Source of the DNA: a virus
Taxonomy: Duplodnaviria > Caudoviricetes
Direction: 5' to 3' (one strand)
DNA length: 64,000 nt
Virus record (IMG/VR): IMGVR_UViG_3300045821_000013
Coordinates: 1,027-65,026 of that record
A program made the position numbers and the translations under genes. The notes under the pieces were generated by a model. It saw only the letters and a list, made by a program, of their open reading frames with translations, did not search any database and had not been told where the DNA came from. Of this stretch, positions 16,749 through 24,859 are shown piece after piece (within the stretch, counting starts at the first letter, position 1; each line of letters starts with the position of its first letter).

Positions 16749-17111
16749 TTATGTTTCGGGGCCGAAGCCGTAGCCGGAGCCGTAGCCGGAGCCGTCGTCG
16801 GAGGCGTAGCCGTAGCCGGAGCCGGAGCCGGAGCCGGAGCCGTCGCCATAGCCGTCGTCGGAGGCGTAGCCGGAGCCGTAGCCGGAGCCGTAGCCGGAGC
16901 CGTAGCCGTAGCCGTAGCCGTAGCCGTAGCCGTAGCCGTCGCCGAAGCCGTAGCCGGAGCCGTAGCCGGAGCCGTCGTCGGAGGCGTAGCCGTAGCCGTA
17001 GCCGTAGCCGTAGCCGTAGCCGTAGCCGTAGCCGGAGCCGTAGCCGTAGCCGTAGCCGTAGCCGTCGCCGTAGCCGTAGCCGGAGCCGGAGTTACCCTCG
17101 ATAGACATCTG
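16749..17111 (-). CDS. Gly-Tyr/Ser/Asp low-complexity repeat protein
   Basis: (GY)n/(GS)n with SDDG spacers; start overlaps the upstream gene end. Confidence 0.55.
   Translation of the reverse strand, partial: QMSIEGNSGSGYGYGDGYGYGYGYGSGYGYGYGYGYGYGYGYASDDGSGYGSGYGFGDGYGYGYGYGYGYGSGYGSGYGSGYASDDGYGDGSGSGSGSGYGYASDDGSGYGSGYGFGPET
16761..17089. repeat. Hexamer tandem array (GCCGTA/GCCGGA/GCCGTC) with a 58-bp internal duplication
   Basis: Directly visible; 16761-16818 is repeated at 16941-16998. Confidence 0.95.
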
Positions 17112-17373
17112 CACCCACCCAAGCTTTCTCGGCGACCTTTGTCACTTCGGCAACAGAAGTAACTTTGCGGAGGTCGATTTTTTCAACGACGGCGCCGATC
17201 CTCGCTCCCTTCGCAGGGCCTTCATTGGCCAGACCTCCAAACCCGCCATTTTTGGAAGGCCAATAGATGCAGTTTCGGGCGTTCTCCAACGTGATGTTAT
17301 CGCCACTAGTGTCATTGGCATAACCGAAAAACACCCCACGAAATTCTGTTGTTACAAGAACAGGTCTACTCAT
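17092..17373 (-). CDS. DUF6948-like protein
   Basis: VLVTTEFRGVFFG...ITLENARNCIYW...GLANEGP. Confidence 0.7.
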   Translation of the reverse strand: MSRPVLVTTEFRGVFFGYANDTSGDNITLENARNCIYWPSKNGGFGGLANEGPAKGARIGAVVEKIDLRKVTSVAEVTKVAEKAWVGADVYRG

Positions 17374-17414
17374 CTTTTTAACTCCAGCGTTGATTTTACA
17401 ATGGGCCTTTTGAA

Positions 17415-17445
17415 TAGGCGGAGGTTGGCCCGGTCCTCCGCCTCA
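17415..17445. terminator. Stem-loop, possible terminator
   Basis: ggcggagg/cctccgcc inverted repeat downstream of DUF2303. Confidence 0.4.
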
Positions 17446-17458
17446 TCCTCGCGGGCAA

Positions 17459-18370
17459 TTACGCTTCCGGCGCGCCTTCATAAACCGGCAGTTCGGTTTC
17501 CTGCTCGACCGTCGCCAGATCGAGTTTCAAGGCTTCGCGGACAAAATATTCAGGCCGGAACAGATAGAATGACCAGCTAATAAACGCACCGACCTTGCGA
17601 TAGCGCAGCCGCACAGGGATGCGTACAGCCTCGCCGCCGACGAACAACGGAATATTGATGATGAACAGGCCGGGAATTTTGAGCGGCTTGCCATCGGCGC
17701 CGTTGTGGCTTTCCTCGAACCGCACGGAACCGGCTCCGGACTGGAGGACGGTCAACTCGGAAACTACGGACGAGACATGAACCGTCAGGCCGCGCGAAAG
17801 CGTTGCGATCTGGATAGGCGTCCCAAATTCGATCTGGAGTTTCGGTTCGATTTCCTCCTTTTCCTGCGCCGTCGCCGTCGCAAGATCCGGAAGGTGGTCC
17901 TCCAGCCATGCAGAAAAAACCTCCTGCGAAAGCGGCTTGGTGTTCACATCGCGCCATGCCTTCCATTCGTCGGACAATGGGAACGAATAATTGATGCCAT
18001 GCCGCCCGAATCGCGGTTCGTGGTCCAGTTCGTGGTAGTCGATAACCGCCATCAGGTACGGCGACGGCGACAGGATATTGGCGAAAACCGCCGAACCGTC
18101 GTCCTTGTGGCGATTCACCAGTTCGATAAAGCTCGCCAGGGTCAGCGCGGTAGCCGCGCCTTTGATCGAGCGGGGACGGTCGCGGAACTGCTCGACAATC
18201 GGCTCGAAATTGATGACCTGATAACCGTCGTCCAAGCCCTGATAGACGGCGCCGAGCGTGATTTCGACGCCATCGACCACAATTTTTTCAAATTTGATCG
18301 GATCGGCGACGCGCGCCAGATGATCCACAAAGCGCAATTCGGCGCTGTCGTCATTTTCCAAGTCGGCCAC
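17459..18370 (-). CDS. DUF2303 (YfdQ-like) family protein
   Basis: TLASFIELVNRH...AVIDYHE...FPLSDEWKAW...LSQEVFSAWLED...FIINIPLFVGG...VRLRYR. Confidence 0.8.
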   Translation of the reverse strand: MADLENDDSAELRFVDHLARVADPIKFEKIVVDGVEITLGAVYQGLDDGYQVINFEPIVEQFRDRPRSIKGAATALTLASFIELVNRHKDDGSAVFANILSPSPYLMAVIDYHELDHEPRFGRHGINYSFPLSDEWKAWRDVNTKPLSQEVFSAWLEDHLPDLATATAQEKEEIEPKLQIEFGTPIQIATLSRGLTVHVSSVVSELTVLQSGAGSVRFEESHNGADGKPLKIPGLFIINIPLFVGGEAVRIPVRLRYRKVGAFISWSFYLFRPEYFVREALKLDLATVEQETELPVYEGAPEA

Positions 18371-18411
18371 TTTTGATGCTCCTGCGTTTCAGTGTTGAAA
18401 ATTGGTTTGGT

Positions 18412-18744
18412 TCAGTCCCCGCGACCGAATTTGCGTTCGGTAACGTCCTCGATCGACATTTGGCGAGGATGATCGGTGGAAAAACCGTCCTCGGTGACGA
18501 AAAGGAAGGATTTTCCCCGCTGCGCCTTCGGCACGACGGAAGATACCTCGGCCTTGATTTCGCAGGACGATCCTTCCATGTCGAAATTCAGTTTGAGAGT
18601 GACCGAAAACCGGCCCGATCCCTTGCCGCCGGCAATCTCGCGCGTCTTGCGCTTGCCTTCCTCGATTTCCTTGGTCAGATCGGCGATCAGGTCGCCATCT
18701 TCCAGCAGGCCAAGGATCACGCCCGCATCACGAATGTTTTTCAT
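18412..18744 (-). CDS. Conserved partner of DUF2303 (hypothetical)
   Basis: VTLKLNF...VVPKAQRGKSFLFVTEDGFSTDHPRQM. Confidence 0.65.
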   Translation of the reverse strand: MKNIRDAGVILGLLEDGDLIADLTKEIEEGKRKTREIAGGKGSGRFSVTLKLNFDMEGSSCEIKAEVSSVVPKAQRGKSFLFVTEDGFSTDHPRQMSIEDVTERKFGRGD

Positions 18745-18952
18745 ATTTAGCCTTCCATTCATCATTGGAGTCGATGAAATCCAAGAGCGTCACCCTGTTT
18801 TTGGTTTCGACGCTGATTTTTTGCAAAACACGCGGATGCGGGATTTTTGCCCCTGACACGTAATTGGTGACGGAAGAACGCTGAACGCCGATGATTTGGG
18901 CGAAATGTTCGTGCGTCATCGCGTTTTTGGTGAGCCATTCTTGAAGTTTCAT
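18728..18952 (-). CDS. Cro-like XRE HTH regulator
   Basis: MKLQEWLTKNAMTHEHFAQIIGVQRSSVTNYVSGAKIP...KISVETKNRVT. Confidence 0.8.
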   Translation of the reverse strand: MKLQEWLTKNAMTHEHFAQIIGVQRSSVTNYVSGAKIPHPRVLQKISVETKNRVTLLDFIDSNDEWKAKYEKHS

Positions 18953-19058
18953 GTTTCGGAACGTAGCGGAAAAATTCGCATTTCGCAAGCCATGTCCATT
19001 CCAAAATAGCTTGCCATTGGTTTCGATTGGTGGCACCATCTGTTTCGGAAGGAAACAT
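18953..19058. promoter_or_regulatory. Divergent switch region with repeated operator-like motifs
   Basis: TGTTTCGGAA at 18952 and 19041; inverted repeat TGTTTC-N5-GAAACA (19041-19057); TTGCCA-N17-CACCAT promoter candidate. Confidence 0.5.
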
Positions 19059-19281
19059 TATGACCTATCGTGGCGCGGATTATTGGGATGCCAAACGCAA
19101 AAATGACCGGGCGGACGACGTTTGGTTTAACGATAATTTGCCGTTGGCTCGCAAGATTTTGTCGGGCAGCGAAGGACATGCGTTCACGGATCGGTGCATC
19201 CGGCTCCGTGAATGTGGTTCTTTCAGTTGGGAAGACGCGCGCGATTTCGTGCGCGCCATAGAAAAGGAATGGAAAAAATGA
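19059..19281 (+). CDS. Hypothetical protein
   Basis: First gene of the rightward operon; RBS aagga. Confidence 0.55.
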
Positions 19282-19532
19282 CCATTTTAATGTCGTGCCA
19301 TGGAGTTGTGGATATCAGGGCGGACCAATCCCCTGGCGGGTCCGATTACGTCGATATCATGCTTAAAACCGACAAGGGCCTCGAAATGATGTGGACGCTC
19401 TATTTCCGCGACGGACAAGGCCGGGCAGGGCAAGTCGCCGCCGCGCTCAATGCGATCTATGGGCATGATGACCAGCCCTCGGTCGAACAGCTCGGCCTCG
19501 CCGCCGGCGCCGCAGTTCTGGAGGAAATCTAG
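19278..19532 (+). CDS. Hypothetical protein
   Basis: ATGA-coupled. Confidence 0.55.
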   Translation: MTILMSCHGVVDIRADQSPGGSDYVDIMLKTDKGLEMMWTLYFRDGQGRAGQVAAALNAIYGHDDQPSVEQLGLAAGAAVLEEI

Positions 19533-19534
19533 CC

Positions 19535-19750
19535 ATGAGACATTTCAGGGCTTTCCGCCGCCGCCGTTGTGTGTGCGATCCTGACGGAACCATGCCGGGA
19601 CATTGCCCCGGCCCCGATAATTGCCCCTACGCGGGCGACGAGGATGAGGAGGCGATTGAAGCGCGCGAGCGCCGCGAAGAATGGGAAGATGACGCCTGTG
19701 ACCGCGCCCGCGACGACAAGATGGACAGCCGCGTGAACGGAAAACATTGA
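19535..19750 (+). CDS. Small Cys/acidic hypothetical protein
   Basis: CVCDP...CPGPDNCP followed by an acidic tail. Confidence 0.5.
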   Translation: MRHFRAFRRRRCVCDPDGTMPGHCPGPDNCPYAGDEDEEAIEARERREEWEDDACDRARDDKMDSRVNGKH

Positions 19751-20517
19751 CCATGGACGACGCCGAACTCCCCCCCAAAACCCACAATAATCCGCCGCCC
19801 GATGCGGCTATCAGTTCCGCTCGCATCATGTGGGCGGATTTGTCGAAGTGGCTCGAAACCACGCCCGTCATTGTCGATGACAAGGCGGCGGCGGAAGCCA
19901 AGACTTTCCTCGATCGCGCGAAAGCCACTTTGGCCGATTTGAACCAAGCGAAGGAAATCGAATCCAAACCGCTGTTCGAGGCGCATCGTGCGGCGGTCGC
20001 CAAATACAAAAAGCCCTACGACCTGATCGACGCCCTGCGGACGCAGTTGGGCAATCGCATCAAGGCGTGGCTCGATAAGCTGGAGGCCGAGCGCCTCGCC
20101 GCGCTGGCAAAGGCTCGCGCCGAGCGTGACGAGGCCGAGCGGATAGCGCGCGAAAAGGAAGCGGCGGAAAAGGAAGCGATCGAAAATGCGGCGGTCGGCG
20201 AATGTACCGATGTCGCCGGAGCTACGGCGCAGGCAGATGCGGCGTTCGATGCTTTCAAGAAGGCTGATCGCGCCGAAACGCGCGCCGATAAAGCCGCTTC
20301 GAACGTCCGTCTCGGCGGTGGGTTCTCGCGCTCCGTTTCCGTGCGCAAGGTTGCGGTTCCCCTGATTGATGATCTGGAGGCCGCAATCAAGGTGCTGCAA
20401 GCGGTCGGATTGACCGACAAGGTGCGCGAAGCCCTGATTTCCAGCGCCAGGGATTGGAAGAAGTTGAAGGGCGACTGGCCCGCCGGCATCCGCGAAACGA
20501 TTGACGAGAGGGTTTGA
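19747..20517 (+). CDS. Coiled-coil recombination-associated protein
   Basis: THNNPP start, long Ala/Glu/Lys coiled-coil, immediately upstream of the ERF gene. Confidence 0.6.
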   Translation: MTMDDAELPPKTHNNPPPDAAISSARIMWADLSKWLETTPVIVDDKAAAEAKTFLDRAKATLADLNQAKEIESKPLFEAHRAAVAKYKKPYDLIDALRTQLGNRIKAWLDKLEAERLAALAKARAERDEAERIAREKEAAEKEAIENAAVGECTDVAGATAQADAAFDAFKKADRAETRADKAASNVRLGGGFSRSVSVRKVAVPLIDDLEAAIKVLQAVGLTDKVREALISSARDWKKLKGDWPAGIRETIDERV

Positions 20518-20520
20518 ACC

Positions 20521-21387
20521 ATGGACAGCGAAACGCATTCCCCCGAAGAATCCTCCCTGCCCGTTGTCGTCAAGGCGCTCGATGCTTCGCCGCCTCCGAT
20601 GCCTCCGGAAATCGCCAAGGCCATTATCAGCGTCATGAAAGCTGTGAGAGCCATTGGAAAAGACGCTAAAACCGATTTTGGGCGCAAATACGCCTATGTC
20701 TCGGTCGACGCTTTCTATGAGCAAATCGGCCCTCTCATGGCGGCAAATGGCATCTTCGATCTTGTGCTGGAGCAATCGCTCGACGTGCAGATGCGCGTCA
20801 CGGTGGATGAATACAACAAGGAGAAAAAAGCCAATTGGCTGATCGGCGTCTATCACATTTACGTCTATCACGATTCCGGCGTTTTCTATGGCCCGATCAA
20901 GCGCGAAATGCAGGTCCGCGCCGATGGCCCACAAGCCTATGGATCGGCGCCGTCCTATCTGGAAAAGTATTTCCTGCGGCAATTGTTCAAGGTGCCGACC
21001 GGCGATGCGGACGCCGATAATCATCCGCAGGAAGGTATCCCGCTGGTACGCGAGCCGGTGCGCGATATCAACGAGGACCGGGAGGATTTACCCGATCCAG
21101 CCAAGCAGAAATATGTGAACGCCTGCGCGGCGACGTTCGGCGTCATCAATGATATCCAAAAGCTAGGCGAATGGTGGAAATCTGAAATCAAGGTGATGAA
21201 TGAAACCTTGTGCGGGAAGTCCGATCCCTATTTCATCGACCTGAAAAACAAGTTCACAACTCATGCGGCGGCGTTGCAGAAATCCAAGCTGGATGACGAA
21301 TTGACCAAGGCGGCTGACAAACCAGCCGAAACGGCCAAGACCCCGACCAAAGGCGAAACGCTCACAGACGATGGTATTCCGTTCTAA
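20521..21387 (+). CDS. erf: ERF-family single-strand annealing protein
   Basis: KYAYVSVD...GPLMAANGI...QAYGSAPSYLEKYFLRQLFKVPTGDADAD. Confidence 0.75.
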   Translation: MDSETHSPEESSLPVVVKALDASPPPMPPEIAKAIISVMKAVRAIGKDAKTDFGRKYAYVSVDAFYEQIGPLMAANGIFDLVLEQSLDVQMRVTVDEYNKEKKANWLIGVYHIYVYHDSGVFYGPIKREMQVRADGPQAYGSAPSYLEKYFLRQLFKVPTGDADADNHPQEGIPLVREPVRDINEDREDLPDPAKQKYVNACAATFGVINDIQKLGEWWKSEIKVMNETLCGKSDPYFIDLKNKFTTHAAALQKSKLDDELTKAADKPAETAKTPTKGETLTDDGIPF

Positions 21388-21854
21388 TGAGCCGCACAGA
21401 CACACCACAAGCGATTTGGGCGCGGGACGGATTGACCATCCGGCCCGCGAACGATGTCGCCTCCGCGATGCTTCTATCCATCAAGGATGGAAACCAGTTC
21501 ATTGGCAAGTTTCGCGGCGTCCGCTCGATCAAGCAGCTTCGCCTGTGGTGGGGTCTTATGGCGATTCTGGTCGACCACGACATATTCCCCTTGCAGGAGG
21601 CGGCGAGCCGGGCGGTGAAGATCGCCTGTGGCTTCACGGAGTTTACCATCCTGCCCGATACCGGCGAGGTCTATTACTCGCCCAAGTCCATCGCGTTCGA
21701 GAGCCTGAAACAGCACGAATTCAATGAAGTGATGCGCGCCGCGATCAACGTCATTTGCCGCCGCTGGCTGGAAGGCGTCAACAGCGACGATTTGCGCAAG
21801 GAAGTCTGGCGGGCGCTCGATCCGCCCGGCGCGCAAGGGGAGAGAATCCGATGA
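21387..21854 (+). CDS. DUF1367/NinB-like protein
   Basis: RSIKQLRLWWGLM...KIACG...PKSIAFESLKQHEF. Confidence 0.7.
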   Translation: MSRTDTPQAIWARDGLTIRPANDVASAMLLSIKDGNQFIGKFRGVRSIKQLRLWWGLMAILVDHDIFPLQEAASRAVKIACGFTEFTILPDTGEVYYSPKSIAFESLKQHEFNEVMRAAINVICRRWLEGVNSDDLRKEVWRALDPPGAQGERIR

Positions 21855-22087
21855 AAGCAAGACCGATCAGCGAATATCACGAGGACATGGGCGCGGTCCT
21901 TTGGTGGAAATTCCCGATTGAAGAACCGCCCTATGTCGGGACGCCGGGAGACTTCGGCCCGTCCATCGCGGTGAAACTGTTCACCAACATGGAAGAAACG
22001 CCGCTGATCCAATGCGGCAGTCTCGGAGGCTGGACCGGCTATCACACGCATTTCACGATGATCGAGGTTCCCGATGAGCCGGCGTGA
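21851..22087 (+). CDS. Hypothetical protein
   Basis: RPISEYHEDMGAVLWWKFPIEEPPYVGTP conserved-looking motif. Confidence 0.6.
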   Translation: MKARPISEYHEDMGAVLWWKFPIEEPPYVGTPGDFGPSIAVKLFTNMEETPLIQCGSLGGWTGYHTHFTMIEVPDEPA

Positions 22088-22508
22088 ATTCCCCCCCTCG
22101 GTCATCGCCGAGATAAAGCGCCGCGCGCGCCGACCGACAGGATTTCAATGCGAGGCAACAGGCTGCGGCCTGATCGTTTCCTATGTCGAGGCGCATCATA
22201 TCGACCAAGACGCCATGCAGATCGACAAAAGCCGCAAGCTGACGGCCAAGGACGGCCTCGCCCTGTGCGAACGGTGCCACGACGCTATTACGGCCGCCCA
22301 GGCCGGTGTTCTAGCCAAAGTGAAGCGGCAGGAGAATAACGAACTGCGGACCAAGCCCGCCGGCGTCGGCAAGATGCAATCGCAGGGGTTCAGGAAATTT
22401 AAACCAGTCTCGCGCAATAGTCTCGACGGCGAGAGGATCGCCAAGCCCGCGTTGCCCAAGCGCAACCCCTTTACAGGCGAGTCCTATGACGACGAAACCA
22501 GCATTTGA
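22074..22508 (+). CDS. HNH endonuclease
   Basis: CEATGC...EAHHIDQD...GLALCERCHDAIT. Confidence 0.75.
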   Translation: MSRREFPPSVIAEIKRRARRPTGFQCEATGCGLIVSYVEAHHIDQDAMQIDKSRKLTAKDGLALCERCHDAITAAQAGVLAKVKRQENNELRTKPAGVGKMQSQGFRKFKPVSRNSLDGERIAKPALPKRNPFTGESYDDETSI

Positions 22509-22704
22509 TTTTGACCGCGAACTTGCAATTATCGCCATGACGCGGGCGTTGAACGATTGCGTCGATCTTGAAACTAAGGGCTTGGATCAGGAAGCGGTGC
22601 GGCGCCAGAGGATTCGGCGTCAAATGCTGCGGCTTCCAACGCCTCCTGCATTTTCCGGTCAGATCCGCGCGCCCATGCCAAAGCTGATTCCGGATCGGTC
22701 CTGA
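22486..22704 (+). CDS. Hypothetical protein
   Basis: Last ORF of the rightward operon. Confidence 0.4.
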   Translation: MTTKPAFDFDRELAIIAMTRALNDCVDLETKGLDQEAVRRQRIRRQMLRLPTPPAFSGQIRAPMPKLIPDRS

Positions 22705-22804
22705 CACGACTTCGACACTCTGCCTGCATTGCCTTGGCGTTATCGAATTTCACTTTGACCGTTGATGTGATGCGGAACAGCTTGGCCGACATCGCCGCGC
22801 TCCA

Positions 22805-23170
22805 TCAGGCTTTTGGAAAGCTGTTTAATAGTCGGTATTTCCGCTCTTGGTGCAATTCCTCGCGCAAGCTCGCTGTCTCTTTGCGAAGCGCCTGCACTTC
22901 GACAGTCAGTTCATCGACGTGTCGTTGCAGCGTGGTGATAACTGCCAATGCCCGCTCGTTCAGAGCTTCCTCGAACGAAGCCGATTCCTTCTTGGTCAGA
23001 TCGAGCGTTTCGAGTTTGCTCTTTCTGGCTCCGGCCTCGTTGGCGTCTGCGATAGCCGAATCGCGCCTGCGCCCGCTGTGCCAGCCAAGCAATCCAGCCA
23101 GGGATGAAAGAACGCCGCCGCCAAACAGATATTCGACCCAATCCGGAATGTTTGGCGCGGTCATGTTCAT
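22805..23170 (-). CDS. Membrane-anchored coiled-coil protein (holin- or i-spanin-like)
   Basis: N-terminal TM segment WVEYLFGGGVLSSLAGLLGW plus coiled-coil; end of the lysis cassette. Confidence 0.55.
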   Translation of the reverse strand: MNMTAPNIPDWVEYLFGGGVLSSLAGLLGWHSGRRRDSAIADANEAGARKSKLETLDLTKKESASFEEALNERALAVITTLQRHVDELTVEVQALRKETASLREELHQERKYRLLNSFPKA

Positions 23171-23187
23171 TCACCTTTCAGAGATTT

Positions 23188-23221
23188 GAAAACGCCGGGC
23201 GTCGAGGCCCGGCGTTTTTCA
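23188..23221. terminator. Stem-loop/terminator within the lysis region
   Basis: aaaacgccggg/cccggcgtttt inverted repeat. Confidence 0.6.
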
Positions 23222-23344
23222 GCGGTTGATCTGCTTTCCGACCTGTTGGGACAGAGCGCCCCAATTGGTATTATCGCGGCCACCCCAACGCGGAGCGCAT
23301 CCGGCGAGAAGCAGGATGGCGATCAGAACGCCGAGAGCTTTCAT
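23219..23344 (-). CDS. Small lipoprotein (41 aa), o-spanin-like candidate
   Basis: MKALGVLIAILLLAG-C lipobox; ATGA-coupled to the upstream ORF. Confidence 0.65.
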   Translation of the reverse strand: MKALGVLIAILLLAGCAPRWGGRDNTNWGALSQQVGKQINR

Positions 23345-23502
23345 GGCACCTTCTCCAACGTAATCCCGCGCGCCTTGTCGCAGGCCGATGCGTTGGTCGC
23401 GCGGAAAATGATTGTCTGGCCGTGCCTGTCGAGGATGCAAAGCACAGGGACCGTTGATGGATTCGGCGCAAACATCGCCAGGATCGCGGCGATGATCGTC
23501 AC
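23341..23502 (-). CDS. Small secreted/membrane protein
   Basis: Hydrophobic N-terminus IIAAILAMFA with a Cys pair. Confidence 0.4.
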   Translation of the reverse strand: MTIIAAILAMFAPNPSTVPVLCILDRHGQTIIFRATNASACDKARGITLEKVP

Positions 23503-23951
23503 GGAGCCGCCGGCGCGACCGGGGCCGGGGCGGAGGTCGCCGTCTTGACCGCCTGCGCGATCGCCGTCGAAAGGGAGCCTTTCGCCGCCGCAATAGCGCC
23601 ATGCGTTTGGTTGATCGACGCGGCGATCGAGATGATCGACTTGGCGCCGTTGACGAGGCCGAGTTGCTGGTTCGCCGTCTGATTGGCCGCAACGGCATGG
23701 ATCACGGCAACAGCCGCATCCGCCACGGTGACAGCCGTTGCCATGGCCGCGCCAACGGCAGGATTGGCGGCGGCGAGCGGCGCGGCGACGGTGGCGAGCG
23801 AGGCCAGTTCCTGCAAGGCAGCGTCGCCGGCCGGACCCTGGCTGGCAATCCACGCCTCGAAATGCGCAAAATCCTGCGCAACGAGTTTCTCGAAGGCGAT
23901 GATTTTGGCGAAAACGCCCTGAACGGCGGTTTCAACAGAAGTGAGAGACAT
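23499..23951 (-). CDS. Ala-rich hypothetical protein of the lysis cassette
   Basis: 150-aa ORF abutting the holin. Confidence 0.55.
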   Translation of the reverse strand: MSLTSVETAVQGVFAKIIAFEKLVAQDFAHFEAWIASQGPAGDAALQELASLATVAAPLAAANPAVGAAMATAVTVADAAVAVIHAVAANQTANQQLGLVNGAKSIISIAASINQTHGAIAAAKGSLSTAIAQAVKTATSAPAPVAPAAP

Positions 23952-23952
23952 A

Positions 23953-24174
23953 TTATTTCCCTTCGGTGGGCGGAATGGGGCGCACGACCTTCGGCCCTTC
24001 GTTGAGAAGGACGAGAGCGAGCGAGGTTGCGTTCAGGCCGAGCTGAATGAGAATGTTGTTGAAATCGACGGAAAATTGCAGATGCAACTGCCCGGCGATC
24101 CAAAGGGTGATCCCGCCCCAGGTGGACGGCTCTTTCAGCTTTCGGCTTAGGTACTGGATAATCAGGTCTTTCAC
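23953..24174 (-). CDS. Putative holin
   Basis: GTG start with RBS ggag; KLKEPSTWGGITLWIAG plus a second hydrophobic segment; directly after the endolysin. Confidence 0.6.
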   Translation of the reverse strand: MKDLIIQYLSRKLKEPSTWGGITLWIAGQLHLQFSVDFNNILIQLGLNATSLALVLLNEGPKVVRPIPPTEGK

Positions 24175-24187
24175 GGCACGTCTCCAA

Positions 24188-24643
24188 TCAGGATATGGTT
24201 GAATGGCCCGCCGACAGGGCGATCTTCGCCCAGGCGATCCGGTCAGCCATCGCCGGAACGCCTGCACGTTCGTAATATTTTTCAAAAACCTCGGTGGCTT
24301 CTTCGACGGTTTTGCACTCATGCAGATGCGACACGACAAAGGCGTATGTCGTTTGCAGTTCATGCCTGAGATATTGATAATTCCCGGTGTCAGAGCGCCA
24401 ATCGAGCTTGTGCGCGGCGCAAAAGTTCAGGAACAGATGGGCGCGCGGTCCGGTCCATTGCTGCCAGCCATAGCCGCCATGTCCTGCCGGTTGCCCGACT
24501 TCGCGTAATTCGGTGAATCCGGCACATTCGCGCCCGGTGTTTCCGACGATGCCTGCGGCCTGAAAATCTTGCAGGCCAAAATCGTGCATCAGCCACGAAA
24601 TGACCTTTGGCGCTTTGGCGCGAAAAATATCTTGAGAGGACAT
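24188..24643 (-). CDS. Endolysin, phage tail lysozyme (Phage_lysozyme2) family
   Basis: QAAGIVGNTGREC...GYGWQQWTGPR...YQYLRHEL...EEATEVFEKYYERAG. Confidence 0.85.
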   Translation of the reverse strand: MSSQDIFRAKAPKVISWLMHDFGLQDFQAAGIVGNTGRECAGFTELREVGQPAGHGGYGWQQWTGPRAHLFLNFCAAHKLDWRSDTGNYQYLRHELQTTYAFVVSHLHECKTVEEATEVFEKYYERAGVPAMADRIAWAKIALSAGHSTIS

Positions 24644-24859
24644 GACGCGACAACCCCTTGGCGGAATTCAATCCAAGTGTGTTTTGGCGTCGCCCCTTAT
24701 GTTTACGCTTTCACGTCATTTTTTTCAACGTGTGTAGTTTCGTGCGGAGACAAATAATGGCGCGCGACCGGCGCATGAAGGATGACGCGCGGCGGAGCTG
24801 GAGGTTTCCTGGCGATGCTTTTTCCCGGTTTGAAAGCCTGTTGTGGCGGTCGAGCGATA

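Noticed and set aside
16475-17162. RS-rich, AV-rich and AT-rich ORFs across the hexamer array
   Set aside because: Alternative readings of the same 6-bp repeat; only the GY frame fits operon direction and coupling
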